The position numbers and the translations under genes were made by a program. Positions 50,931 to 64,000 of a stretch of 64,000 bases of DNA are shown here, piece after piece (positions within the stretch are counted from its first letter, which is position 1; each line of letters opens with the position of its first letter). The notes under the pieces are model-generated. The model saw nothing but the letters and a program-made list of their open reading frames with translations. It searched no databases and was not told where the DNA came from. The stretch lies in NCBI GenBank assembly GCA_009602725.1, contig WELB01000023.1:733977-797976 (forward strand). Reading direction: 5' to 3'. Source of the DNA: Spirogloea muscicola. Taxonomy: Eukaryota.

Positions 50931-51968
50931 TTTAATTTCCGCCACACAAAAGCACTCGTGTTGGTACCTCCACTTTTTATCCTGGGAGCCCCGACTTTCT
51001 CGTCACTGCTCGCCTTGATCCACTTTGTGCTTGCAGTGAGTAAACTTTTGCCTACCCGCTTGCTCGACGCATGGGCAGCCGCTTCATGCGCACATACCCG
51101 GGGCCCGGGTCCCTTCCTGCTGCTGCTGCTGCTGCATGAAATACTAATATTGATGCAGCAGCTATGACTGCTTACTTCGACATGTTCTGCACTGCTGCCG
51201 TAAGTGAGAACTACCATGGAGTACTGCATGCACAATGAGTTGACATGTTTGCTCACAATGAACTGCACCTGAATGGGGTGCATGGCGGTGCCATTCTTTA
51301 CAGGAACAGCAACTAACATTGTGCTCAATGTGATCTTCAACTCGGTGTGCATGTGCTCCTTCTTACATAGTGAACTCATGTAAAGCTGGGCACCATGACA
51401 TTAACAAGATCCTCTTTGTGCAATTTGTGAGGTTCAAAAGCTTCTGTCCGTCTTATGGGCATGGCAAAAAGACAAGCAGAATGATGTCCATAGTGGCAAA
51501 CACTCGATGCTTTCCCTGCAAGTCATCCCTCTTCCAACCCTCACCAGCTCTCCCTCTTTTGTCTCTGCCCAAGTGTTGTCACATTCTTCCTCTCTGTTCT
51601 TCCTCCCGTCGTCCCTCGACTTGCAAACCCCCTCAGTCCTCTCACCTTTTTGTCTCTGATAAGAGCCGCCTCTTTGCGATATCATCATGACACTACCTGC
51701 CATGCTCTCAATATATTAAGACAAGCAACGTATGATACCTAAGACAAGCACTGGAAGGGGCAAAGGCAGCCGCCAGCGCTTGGCCTAACGGATGAGCTCA
51801 CTCCATTCTAAGATGTTGACAAGGAGCTGCCACAGATTTAGACACACAGAGACGATTGCAGTGCCAGGTGCCATGATGTATGAGGTCAAAGATTAACCAT
51901 CAAATGTCCGATTTTTTGAGTGGCAAGAAAAAGTGCCCACAATGGCATTAGATAAGCAATGCAGTCGT

Positions 51969-52833
51969 CTAATGTTCTGCCTTTGCACAGTGCTCCTTGT
52001 AAGCACTTTCGTCGAGCAGGGAGTCTGTGGCAGATGTATCATCCAACTTCACCTTCATCATCCACCCTTCTGCAAATGGGTCATCGTTGACCTGCCACAA
52101 GTTCCACTTGCGAAGCATGTAAGGTACACAGCGGAGTCTGAAGATGAAGATAGGTCAATCCAGCAGCCATAGCTTCTGAACAGAAGCAGCGCTGACCTTT
52201 CCAGGCGAACTCTTTAGCTCTTCATTGATTTCCACCACCTTTCCCGAGACAGGAGAGTAGACATCGCTTGCAGCCTTCACGCTCTCTACCACTCCGAATG
52301 GCTCGTCCTTGGTAACTGTAGCCCCAACCTCCGGCAGCTCCACATAGACTATTTCACCAAGCTCAGCCTGTGCAAAATCGGAGATCCCTACAGTGCCGAT
52401 CTCGCCATCCAGCGCAATGTACTCGTGGGACTTGAGGTATCTCCGGTTCTCTGATGCTGTGTGGAGCATTGGTCAATTCCAATATCTCTCAATGTCCACC
52501 TCAGATCCCATGTCATTTGAGCACCTGCTTGATCATCTCGAGGTGACAAGAAGTGGTGCAAGCAATGCTTCTCACATACAGGAGGCGTAGTGGCGGCTGA
52601 GCAGAGCGAGCCGTCCATCCACGGGAGCGAGGCAGCGCACCCTCAGCTGGCAAGCCACCTGAGATGCAAGCAACCTGGTTGCGCACAATGCAGGGTGTTA
52701 TGAGGGGGGTGTGATAGAGGCTTTGAGGCTTGGTAGCATTTCTCGTGCAGTTCAAGCAAGGCACTGCAGTCCTGCTGGAATGCCGATCGAGTGCGACCAC
52801 AGGCAATGCAGGGCAGAGTTACCGGACGGCCAT
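51969..52833 (-). CDS. GDCH: Glycine cleavage system H protein, mitochondrial, 4 coding exons
   Basis: KSHEY, GISDFAQAELGEIVYVELPE, lipoyl motif VESVKAASDVYSPVSG, VNDDPFAEGWMMKV; presequence MAVRLLASQVA...SRHYAS. Confidence 0.95.
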
Positions 52834-53834
52834 CTTCGCTCTGCCTCTGGCAAAGACGGCCTGCGAAGCGCCTTTGTCCCCCGGTGGCGGATCGCGGCAG
52901 ACACCAAAGACCTGCCGGGCCGGCGCGGTCAGGAGCGCCGCAGTCGCTGCGCGGGCAGGAGGCGCCGCCGCCGCCGCTCGACACGCGCAGCCGAGTGGGG
53001 TACGGCGCGAAACTGAAACCCTCGGATTGAAGAGACACGAGATGTGGAAGGGGCCCCCGCTTGACGGCTGTGCCGCTCCCGGCAGTCAGCTCCTGGCCAA
53101 TACAGTAAGCGGTTCCCTGAGGGGGGGGGGGGGGCCCGGTAATGCGAAATGCATGAGGAGAATATTGGCTCGGTTTGGTCTCACAGTCTATTTTCCATGT
53201 CCGGTGTGCTCCTTTCTCGATAAATCCGCGTCAAGTGGCCCACCATCCCCGCTTGCCGCAGGGGAAATGCAAGGACGAGATACCCCCCGGCCCCCCGGCG
53301 CCGCCCATTCCCGGGGCGTTATCCACGGCCTGCCTGCCGTTGCTGGTGGTGGCTGGCGAGACGGGTGGCCGGCGAGAGCGCCGTCGTGGGAGAACGCGAG
53401 ACGTAACGAAAAGGGTGGGGAGAAGAAATAGAGCACTTCCAAACGGGGAGTGGCGACGCGGGTCCCCGTGGCCGCACGATGGGGCTGCGCTCCCCGGGAG
53501 GGGGCATCCTGCCGTCGGATGGCAGGACCCCTATCCGGCTCCCCCAGCGGCGCCACGGCGGCGGCTGCACGCTGGCCGTCGTGGGGCCCGCCGGAGCGAA
53601 GCGAGCGGCCGTCAGCCGGGGATCGTCATTGGCGTTCGTCGTTCCCCTCAGCGGCGGCCTTCGTCGGGGCGTCGTCGGGGCGCAGCTGCTGGCGCCGCTA
53701 AGCCCGACAGTGGTGGCCCGAGACGAGCCCCCCGCTAAGACGGGACGAGCGCTACTGGCTCCTCGGCCCTGCCGTCGTTACCCCGGTGCTCCATGAAGCT
53801 CAGAAGAAGCTCAGTGAAGCTTTTCCCAAGGCTG

Positions 53835-54388
53835 AAATTGGCCTCCCTGTCCTTTGCTTCTCTCTCATTTGCATGCGCACCGCGCGCGCCTTTCTTCCAA
53901 AGTGGGCGAGGGCTGTGCAAAGCCAGCCCGAAAGAGGGAAGGCGCGCGGGGCGCATGAAATGAAAGAGAGGCCAATTCAAGCCAATACATTGTTCAGGCA
54001 GAGTCGAGTGAAAGAGAGAGTGACTATTCCAGTAGAGGGCGATGGCTGATTGGCCACCCCATGAACAGAAATTGACAAGGTCCGAAGGGGCCGTAAAGCT
54101 CAAAGCTGACTTAGGTCCAGCTTAAGGAGGGATCGTGTATTAGAAAGAAATGTAGGCCAAATGGCCAGGTACAAAGGCAAGCACATCTAAAAATCTACAT
54201 AACCTACAGCAGATTGACCCGCTCAATAACCACGGGTCAAAACATAAAGGTCACTACTCGATGCATGAATACTAGATGCCAGGAACGGAGCCCTTCTGCC
54301 ACCTACTAGAGCTCGCCCAGCTTTCTGGTGCAAGGCACTAGCCTGAGCACGCTGCAAACAGGCCGAAACTCGACGTCGCAAGAGCGAC
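53835..54388. repeat. CRE-like 3'-end cluster between GDCH and aldolase
   Basis: Family-D end at 53937-54009 flanked by GAAAGAG (53930-53936/54010-54016). Family-B-like LRRRVSACLQRAQASALHQKAGRAL...SDLYVLTRGY* on the minus strand at about 54388-54223. Confidence 0.85.
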
Positions 54389-54491
54389 NGAGCTTAGAGA
54401 CCATCAAGCCCTTTCGCCAACCCTTTCTTACCGCCCCGTCTCGTACCTCAGTTGCCGGAGCATCCGCCGCCGCCGCCGCCGCCGCCAACGC

Positions 54492-54522
<31 letters not shown>

Positions 54523-54537
54523 GCCCGGCCCGCCACC

Positions 54538-55835
54538 ATGTCTTGCTACGTCGGGAAATATGCTGGTGAGCAGCGCAGCCCTGGCCGCGGCGAACTCGCG
54601 CCGCCATCCGCGGTGCAATCGGCCGCCTCCGCCGCCGCCCCATTGCGTCGCAAATGCTGGTTGTCTCGGAGACGCGACTGCCATTGGATTGCCTTCACGC
54701 CCTCGACGTAAAGCAAAGCTAAATAGGTCCTCCGAAGCGGATGCGGCCCACTGAATCGCCTCCTCGGATGCTGCACCGGACGCCGCAGAGGAGCTCGTCA
54801 AGAATGCCAAGTACATCGCGACGCCCGGGAAGGGCATCCTGGCGGCGGAACGAGAGCACGGGGACCATTGGGAAGCGCCTGGCCAGCATCGGCGTGGAGA
54901 ACGTGGAGGCCAACCGGCAGGCGTTGCGCGAGCTCCTCTTCTGCACGCCCGGTGTGCTGCCGTTCCTCAGCGGCGTGATCCTGTTCGAGGAGACGCTGTA
55001 CCAGAAGACCATGGCGGGCAAGCCGTTCGTGGACGTCATGCTCGAGGGCGGCGTCCTCCCGGGCATCAAGGTGGACCTGGGCGTCGTGGACCTGGCGGGC
55101 ACCAACGGCGAGACGACGACGCAGGGCCACGATGGGCTGGCCGGCCGGTGCGCCAAGTACTACCAGGCGGGCGCGCGCTTCGCCAAGTGGCGCGCCGTGC
55201 TCAAGATTAGCGACTTCGAGCCGTCGGAGCTGTCGATCCAGTTGAATGCGCAGGGCCTGGCGCGCTACGCCATCATCTGCCAGGAGAACGGCCTCGTGCC
55301 CATCGTGGAGCCCGAGATCCTGGTCGACGGCAGCCACTCGATCGAGAAGTGCGCGGAGGTGTCGGAGCGCGTCCTGGCGGCGTGCTACAAGGCGCTCAAC
55401 GAGCACAAGGTCCTGCTGGAGGGCACGCTGCTCAAGCCCAACATGGTGACGCCCGGATCCGAGGCCGCCAAGGTGGACGCCGAGACCATCGCCAAGATGA
55501 CCGTGCGCACCCTCCAGCGCACCGTCCCCTGCGCCGTGCCCGGCGTCATGTTCCTCTCCGGCGGCCAGAGCGAGGAGGAGGCGACCAAGAACCTCAACGC
55601 CATGAACCAGCTCCAGACAATCAGGCCGTGGACGCTCTCCTTCTCATACGGCCGCGCGCTGCAGAAGACCACCCTCTCGACGTGGGGCGGGAAGCCCGAG
55701 AATGTACAGGCTGCACAGCAGGCTTTCCTGGAGCGGGCCAAGGCGAACTCAGAAGCCACGCTGGGCAAGTATGGCGGCGGTGCAGGCGGTGCTGGTGCCG
55801 CTGAGAGCCTCCATGTGACTGGCTACAAGTACTAG
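54538..55835 (+). CDS. FBA: Cytosolic class I fructose-bisphosphate aldolase; apparent +1 frameshift near 54849
   Basis: [29 protein letters not shown], then after an extra [10 protein letters not shown]...GARFAKWR...VPIVEPE...[13 protein letters not shown]...GYKY*. Confidence 0.95.
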
Positions 55836-57172
55836 AGCAATCATTCGGACTGTCTTTTTTTGTTGGTAAGGATATGGATCTGTTAAGATCGGGTGAACGT
55901 CTTTGTCCCCAATCAGGCAGGGCTGTGAGGCAGGGGCTGCATTCTGCAGGAAGAAGCAAGACTGTTGAGCACTTACGAACTTGCTTACGGGCATGCATGA
56001 GATATCTGCTACTGTGAGCTGCACGATCACTGGCCATTGAGCACATTGTTGGGCACATATCAGGCACAGAGCTCTCTGTCTTCGTTGATTGGTCTGCGGA
56101 TCACATGCTAGGTCCAAGGAGACAGACCACTGAAACCTCTGCATCCCTTTACTAAAGAAACAGCACACCTGTCAGTTGACCTGATAGGGGGCTGAAAAAT
56201 TCTCACTCCCATGTTTCAGCAGCCCATAAAAGCACGCATCTGTACAGGTCCTGCGTGAAGACCTGCAATGTAACAATGCGCTGCCTGCCTTGTGCAGCCA
56301 TCATTGTTGACATCTTGATGGGCCGATCTTCTATGTTGGGAGTCTACCCATCGCCCCACTTTGCTTTGCAATCATCAAATATACTTCAGATTTCTCTACT
56401 ATGCTTGTGGTCTCAAGAAGCTCGCATTCACAGCTAGTGTGCATGCTTGTGCTGTTTAAGGAGCCTCTTCCTTGATTGCCTATATCTCACTGCTAGCCTT
56501 GTACGCCATTTCTCCCGGCTCTGAGGAAGCTCCTGTACAATACATTGCCAAAATGTTGACGGATGAAGAGATCTGTGTGGCACCTGAATAACCACTCAGT
56601 ATCAGCTGGCCTACTTGGCAAAAGTGTCTGGTGGCTTTGGCCACCAAGTTTCTCTCAATAACCTCTTCCTAGTCTGAGTTGAAATGTTCAACTTAGACAC
56701 AACGCACCTTGACGAAGCAACAAGCCGCAAATCGGGGCTTGAAATAATGGCACGCTTCTCCACACAAGCTTCTCTACCTCAACAGCACCCAGCCATAAAG
56801 CAAGAATCTAAGGACGTCTTGTAACGCTGCCTAATGCCTCCCTAATATACACAGCCCTGAGGTCAAAGTTTGAAAGGTTGGCAACTGCTCATTTTCCGGA
56901 GTTGGACTTTCTTAGCCTGTGAGAAAACAAAGCATCACGTAAGAGTTGGTATACGAAATTGCAGAAGGCTAGTGCATTCTCTGGGTAATAGTCTCTTCAC
57001 TGACTCTGATTAGACGAACCTGTGACAACTGTTTGCTATGAAGCAATTCATGTCTTCTTTTTAGAAGGAGTGACAGGATCTATATCTTACTATTGACCGC
57101 CTGCACATAGGCAGCAGCTTTCGCTGACGGAAATGCAGGGCTGATTGCCACAGCGCCAAGCGCTGATTATGC

Positions 57173-60100
57173 TTACTTGGGCGCCGTGGCATGCTTGTCA
57201 TCAATTTCTGGTAGGGGTATCTTCCAGTAATTCCACGAGTTGTAATCCTCCTGCAGGTATAACGGTACAGGGTCCAGAGATGCCAAATGCTCAACAACTA
57301 CGGAAGAAAGACTGGCACTGCGACCTTCGCTTTAAAATATCCATTACCTAAGAGAAGTAGCTTCCCACTGGAAAGCAAGGTCACAACTATGTAATCTGCA
57401 TCAACTGCATTGCCAATTTTGACTGTGGTGAGTACACTTACAGCCTCAGCAGAATTGACAGGAGGGAACATATCGTCAACAAGGTCATGCAATGTTGTGT
57501 ACGACCTCACGTCCACTCGCTTGTTGACCACAATCTCTCCCTGCAATGCAGAAGTCCAGGTAGCAAGTGCCACTGTGAAAGCCCATACAAACTGCACAGA
57601 CCATAAAATCTTGCTGCCTATGCATGTCTTCTGCTTCCAAGAGCTTCAAGCTCTGCAATGGAGTATATGAGGCATCAACTGTACTGGGCACGACCCAGCA
57701 CTTCAGAGCAAAAGCTGCAGTCAAATACCTTGGGATTGATCGTATAGATCTTCCCCTTAGGAATCCCCACAGCCTCATAGCTTATTTCGTCAGTGTCGCG
57801 GTTTCCAAAACCAGCATAGAAAGGGTTGACATCATTTGGAAACAAAGCCCGAATCGCCTGCACAAGTGCACGTGACAACGGGTCTGAGCATTGACTTGAT
57901 ATTGCAAGTAGTCAGCTGCCCATAACCTGCCACCATAACAGCAGATTTCACAAGAAGCACCAAGGAGGACAACCGGTGATCAAGACACTGCTGCTCACCT
58001 GCAGGCAGTTGATCTTAAATTCGTGAGGCGCCCTTCGTATGACTGCCAGCACAAGAATCTTCATGAGCTGATCTGTGTAGCTGCCCTGACACACCTTTTT
58101 GCAGTAATCTTCGCACAGATGTATGACTCCAGAGGACTAGGATATGGGCCAAACTACAACTTGTAGTGATGCACAACCCACTTGCACTGAACTCTGAGGA
58201 GATACTTTTGGAGGTGAGCAAGGAGAACCTTCACGATAAAGAGACGGAAATAGCCCATCAGGCGATATTACGACAGGTCCTTCCGGCAAGCCCATGCCAT
58301 CCTGCAAGAGCTTGTCAGATACTAGACTTAGAGGAGCAGCAATGTACTTAGAGGGCACCTATTTATTGCCATGCATCTTTCATGAATGCATCTTTCCAGC
58401 CAGGCTGGATAGCTCACACATGTGCGCAGGAAACTGTATGGCAACCCGTAATGTTCAAGCAAGCAGCATCATGGAGGTTGTTGGACACTAACTTGTTTCA
58501 GATTAAAAAGAAAGGTACGAGTAAGGTAAGCTTGGGAGATAGCCCGTGCACTCAGGAACATGAATTCGTAGCCATTCTCCTGCAAGCACAGGTAAACGAT
58601 CTGAGCACCTCGATAGACCAGCACGAGCATCACGTAACATTGCCTGATACGACAACAGTCAAATGTGACAATGTGGATGTCACATATGCCATGCAAGAGC
58701 ACCAAGAACGTGCATGTGGTGCCTTCGTCTGTGCAAACTTATTTGCATCTGCATTTGACTAATCGATCGTCATCTCGAAGTGAATTACCTTAATAGCTGA
58801 GAAAAGGCGAGCCACACCCAGCTGAGACCAGTCCCTTCCAACTAGGGGCATCACTTGCCCAAGGAGGTCAGACCTGCACAGAGAGGTTCATCAGCAATGC
58901 CAGGCAACTATGTTTCTTGGGATTGTCTTGAAGTCCCACTTCATTGCATACATAAGAGCTCTAGGTGCTTTCACTTAAGCAAATTATCAGCAGTTGAGCA
59001 ACATGAGTACCTGGTTATTGTGCCATCCACGTCTGAAATGACTATCCTTGTTTTCCACTTCCACAGATACAATGATGCTTCAACCTGTGACAGCAACCAA
59101 CTGTGCTGCAATGAAATAGGATATGTAGATTGTCACGCAGCACAATATCTTGCACAGAAAAAATGACCTTTGGCACAAATAGCCGATACTACAACAGATT
59201 GTGATAGTGTACAGACCTGCTGGCGACCGAGGACGCGAGTGACGAAGTTAAAGTGAATGCAGCTCTTCCCCTCCTTCAAATTCAGCAATTTTAGCTGCTC
59301 CGAAGTTGGCAAGTAAGAACGCACTTTCCTTTTTCTGAAGTGGAATCCATTTCTTCCAGCGAGTAGGTCCTGTACAAGGGGACTGTCGTGGGCGGTCCCT
59401 GTCAAAAGAGCAACGGTATAACACGTAAGTCCAGATTACCCTCTACGAGGTGCTGCATCTCTTCTCTACACACTTACATTTGCCATCTTCTATTTGCTGA
59501 CTTCCCAGGCATCATGTACAATCAAGAATGGCTCATAGGATAAGACACAGCAACAAAGAATTATTGCTCCATGCTCCATGCTTACCAACAGCAGCCAGAA
59601 GTGCAGCTTGAGAGATTCGATCTGCCCGTGAGGGAGGGCTTCCAGTCCCTCCAAACGGCCAGAGCTTCCACTGGCTGCTTGCAGCAGCAGTCGGTCTCGC
59701 AGGCACGATCGCCAGTGCAGATGTGCTGGGTGCTTCTGGTTTCTCCACTGCTATGGAGCCATCTGAGGCACCATCTGTCACAGGGATGAACCTGCCGAAA
59801 GCAAGCATGCCCAACAGGAGGGGCTGCACCGTATGCCACGGATAATACTTGCCCCCAACTCTTACAACCAGCAAGTTGCTGGACGTCACCTCTCTGTAGG
59901 AGCTGACGAAATGCTCAAGTGTGACCACCTTGGAGGAAAATGCTGCTGCTGCTTCTTTCGAACCCATTCCTTCCACAAGTAGGTCTCTGCAGAGAGAGAG
60001 CTCCATCCCAGTGCCTGACAATTGACTGATCTCAGCTCCTGCACCAGCATGCGTCAAGTCACTTTCTTGTTCCTGCCCCTCCAGCATGTCACTATGCGAC

Positions 60101-63100
60101 ACTGGGCCAGGGGAATGGCCCATGTGCTCGTCCTGCAGGCCATCAAGCTTGTCTGTATCACTTTCTGCGTCTCCTGTACTACAGGTTTGCTGTGGAGCCT
60201 GAGGGTCAGCGATCTGCAATCTTTTACTCTCTGCAAGAATCTGAGCTGGCAAGTCATTGGACAGTTTTGCCAGTGAGCATCCTGCCTTGGCCAGACCTTC
60301 GGAGGACATGGGCAAAGAGCTCAGATCCTTGTCAAACGATGCCGCGGCGGCAGCAGAAGCTGCAAGAGCAGCAGCAGCTCCTGCGATTGCTGCTGCAGTA
60401 CTGGGACTCCCTGTGTAAGGAGACGAACCTCCAGCAGGACTTGACCGCAGGCTGGCTGCCTTCACAGCACTGCGAGGGCTGGAGAAGTGACGTAGCTGCG
60501 TGCTCTTGAAGTTGGGGCTACCTGCAGGTTGAGGTGTGGCTTTCCCATCACCATCAGGTGTTGAGTATCTCTCTTCTGGTGATCTTGGCCCTGCCATATC
60601 TGCTGCCTCTGTCTTGGTTGAGGGCGACTCACAAGGGCCGACTGCATGCTCCTCTGCTTCATCAGCCTGCTGCCCACTGGGCTCCGAGCAGGCCTGTGCC
60701 TGCTCCTCTTTGTCCTGCCCCTCGCTGTCAGCAACTTCACCAGAGTTGACATCTTCTTCCTCAATACACGACTCCAAGACTGAGTGCAAGCCATACTCCT
60801 GCTTCACCACTATGTCTCCTGGCATTTCAAGGGCAGAACTGGCTTTCTCATCCTCATCAAAGGTCCCTATACTAAGTGCATTATGATCTCCCTGTTGCTG
60901 GATGCTAGCCATGTTGTCATCTTCATGTGCAGGAACTTTTGAGTTGCTCTCAAGCGCTACACCATCGACTTCTGCACCCTCAGATTGTTCCTGGCTGACG
61001 ACCTCCTCACCTGCTGGGCCAGCATCATCGTGCCCAGGGTCACCATCAGAAGTCAAGGTTGTCACTGTTCCAACACTCTCCTCTACGGGCAAACCAGGCA
61101 GATCAGAATCACTGTGAATGCCAGTAGCTGCTTGTCGTTCTGTCTGACTCCCATCTGCTGCCTCGGTCTCTTCCTTGTGAGCCCCCTCCCTACCTTCTGC
61201 TGCCTCCCCCTCTGCCTGCAATGAACTCGTGCAATCAGGCCCACCATTCAATCGCCTTTCTCGTTCATCACCTGCAGAGCTGGGCAACTGTGGTGCTGCT
61301 GCCTTGGCCTGCTGCGCTGCTGCAGGACTGACCTCGGCATCCCGTATCATGGACTGGCCCATCTCAAGCAAGCTGACCCTGCAGCTCCTGAAACCCTCAC
61401 ATTCGTCATCGCTGAGGCTGGTCTCACACAAGCGCAGGTCCCGCGCGTGCCAGCCCTCAGCCTCTGTCTCTGTGCCCTGGCCGAGATCGCTGAGATTGCC
61501 GAAAGAGAAGTACCTGGACGATGTCCTGTTTAGTGCCAGAGCTCGAGCAGTCTCCTGTGCAACCTGCTGCCAGCTGCTGGGCGTGTCAGGCGATGTTATA
61601 GGAGACTCCCCTCTTGAGGTGGTCTCCAACGGCAGGGTGACCTCCAGCATCTTCCTGTCACTCTCAGCCTCGCTGGAGTACTTTCCAGTGGCATCGTCCA
61701 CTGGCAGACTCACCCGCTGCTCAGAGCCCTCTGTGCTTGCTTCATCACTCACTCGCCTCTGAACAAACGTGACATGTAAACTATGTTTTCCACTTACATC
61801 CCCTCTCCCTGAGCTTGTCCCTATCAACTCGCTTCCTTCTTCCTCCGCGGCCGATGATCTGTCCCCACGCTCGCCATGCTTCTGTGACTCCTTGTTGCTG
61901 CTCTCTGGCTCAGCTGTGTCATCCCCCAGGTCAAGTGGAAGCCCTCCCACCCGCAGAGCGCCTACCTCAGGACTGGTTGATGCTCCAAGCCTTTCGTCGT
62001 CTGCGACATTGGCAACCACTACCCGACCATCTACAGTCATAAGGACAAATGTCTCATCCTCCCCTGTGCTGCCTTTGGCCCCTGAATTTGCTTGTGAATT
62101 GGATGCCACGTCCTCCACATCCATCTCAACAGCAGCGCCTACACTCTGCCAAGCGCGAGACTCATCAGCAGTAGCAACCGAGGCGGCTAGCGTAGGTGGT
62201 GCACTTCTCCTTCTCTCATAGTCCCTCTTCTTCCTCCTGCCCTTCTCACTGGCAATCCACTTGCTGTCGAGGAGCTCAGCTACCATGAGTGCCCTCTCCT
62301 TGGCCTGCTCTGGAGTATCTGTTGCTTTCCCCCTCCTCTTGCCTTGAGCACCACCTTTTGAGTTTACTGGGGTCCGTGCTGCAGCTGCTTGCTCAGATCG
62401 GTCCGAGGCTGATGAGCCAGCCGAGGCCTGCTTGTCAAGAGGTGCGGATACAGCAGGACGTGACCTCCAGCCCCACCATCCCCAAGATTTTCGATCTTGC
62501 AGGTGCTGCATTGAACATTGCCAACAGTACAGCATCAGTACAGGTCTGCAATGCAGATGTCACAAGAGGTAACAGTATGCTGCATGTGCCTGTCAAGATC
62601 ACCTTTGCTGTCTCTTTGCCTTCCTTCTGCTGGCTTGCCTCCAGAAAGAGCTTGGCAGACATGGGAGCCTCCCTGCATATGCAGGTGACTGGACAAAGCG
62701 TAAGCGACGTGGCAGTGCATCTCTCCTGCTGCCAATGATAGGCAACAGTAGCAAGGCATTGCTTCATTCCAATATAACCTATGGCTGACCTTAAAGCAAC
62801 CGAAGCCTTCTCCACAACCTGATGCCACGCAAGCTCCTTTTCAATTTCCTGCTTGAGTTTCATATCCTCCTCTGTAAGGAATTCTGACATATTCACAGAA
62901 TCCACAGAGCTGGACCTGTCCCGTGCTCCCAATGCAGGCTCGTCTTCAGCAGCGACGACTTGTTCGGAAGTGCAGGCCTCCGCTTCCATTGGAGAGTCTG
63001 GGGCAATATCTGCGTCTGAAGACTCGCCTTCTGGATGGCGGAGGGCATCTGGCAGCTTCACAAGGTTCTCGTCCTTGCCACTCTGGACATCATCTACAGA

Positions 63101-63787
63101 GTTCTGCCGAGAAGTCTGGACATCATCTGTTGAGTTCTGCCGAGAAGGTGCTGCTGACGTAGTAGTGGACATCTCTCCAGCCTCAAGTAGCAGAGGCTCC
63201 AGGGAGGGTCCTCCATCCTCTGCTGGAAGCGGGTCAAACAGCGGGTCATACGTGCCTTTCCTGTCCTCTTGCTATTCAACTCTTGACTGGGAACGTGTAG
63301 GGTTGCTCAGACGCTGAACCAGCTCAATGACTGGCAGTGCAGGTCATTTCATAAGGAAGGTCCAGCTGTGAAGCACACACCTCGCTCGTCCGCGTCCTGC
63401 AGGAAGTAGGCCTCGCCCTTGTGGTCGAGGAACATAGTCAAATTGGCTTCGACACCGTCCACCGCGATCTGGACGACCTTCTCGCGCCGCTTGAGCACGC
63501 CCTGGAACTTGCCGAAGCGCACGTACCAGGGCGACGTCTGCAAGGCCGCCAAGGCCGTCGGTGTACGTCAGGTGAAGCCAGAGCCATGCGGCCGAGTTCC
63601 AAGCTTCTCGGCGGCAGCTTGAGGGCCTAGGCGCCTGCGCGAGCTGCGGCAAAGCGGCTGGCAGGGCCACCTTGAAGGTGCCATCCTCCTGCTCGACGAC
63701 GATGATGTCCACGGCGCCGCCAAAGGGGTGGAAGGGCCCGGAGACGGTGTACAGGCCCTGCGAGAGGAAGCGCCCCGCGGAGTACAT
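57173..63787 (-). CDS. PAH: Lipin / phosphatidate phosphatase PAH with a very large acidic low-complexity middle region
   Basis: [39 protein letters not shown]. Middle domain: MELSLC...[53 protein letters not shown]. Confidence 0.95.
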
Positions 63788-64000
63788 GCCGGCGGGGCGG
63801 GCGCCGCGGTCATGGAGGGGGGGCCCCGGCGCGGCCCGCGGGGGGGGATGGGGGGAGCGGCGGCCCCCCGCGCCACGGGGACCCCCGCGACGGCGGCAGG
63901 AACGGGGGGAGACGGTGTTGGTGACTGGGCTGATACCAGGCCGCGCCCGACGGTCGGGGGGGGGCGGCGGAACGTGCTCGCCGCGATGGGCATGGGACAG

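Overview
Gene-dense eukaryotic nuclear DNA with spliceosomal introns and GC-rich first exons. The gene set is land-plant-like, so a streptophyte green alga is the likely source (inference). About 16 genes are recognisable: PITH-domain protein, lipoyl synthase, ABCC13, an AT-hook protein of unknown function, TPT, a small MCPLR/GRYLW membrane protein, a stand-alone ZnF-UBP protein, PCNA, Erv1, NudC/CS protein, 2-Cys peroxiredoxin, SGF29, glycine-cleavage H protein, cytosolic aldolase and lipin/PAH. The main unexplained structure is that almost every region upstream of a gene is filled with nested and concatenated 3'-end fragments (about 40 bp to 2.1 kb) of several related CRE-like non-LTR retrotransposon families (RT + CCHC + restriction-like endonuclease). 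Convergent intergenic regions and introns appear free of them. The fragments share an 'SDLxxL(T/S)RGY*' terminus and 3' hairpins. Readable target-site duplications (TSDs) reconstruct nesting and apparent multi-family chimeras, suggestive of template jumping. Other notable items are a pre-miRNA-like hairpin, a peroxiredoxin with a signal-peptide-like N-terminus, and disabling lesions in three genes. Exon boundaries were read by eye.
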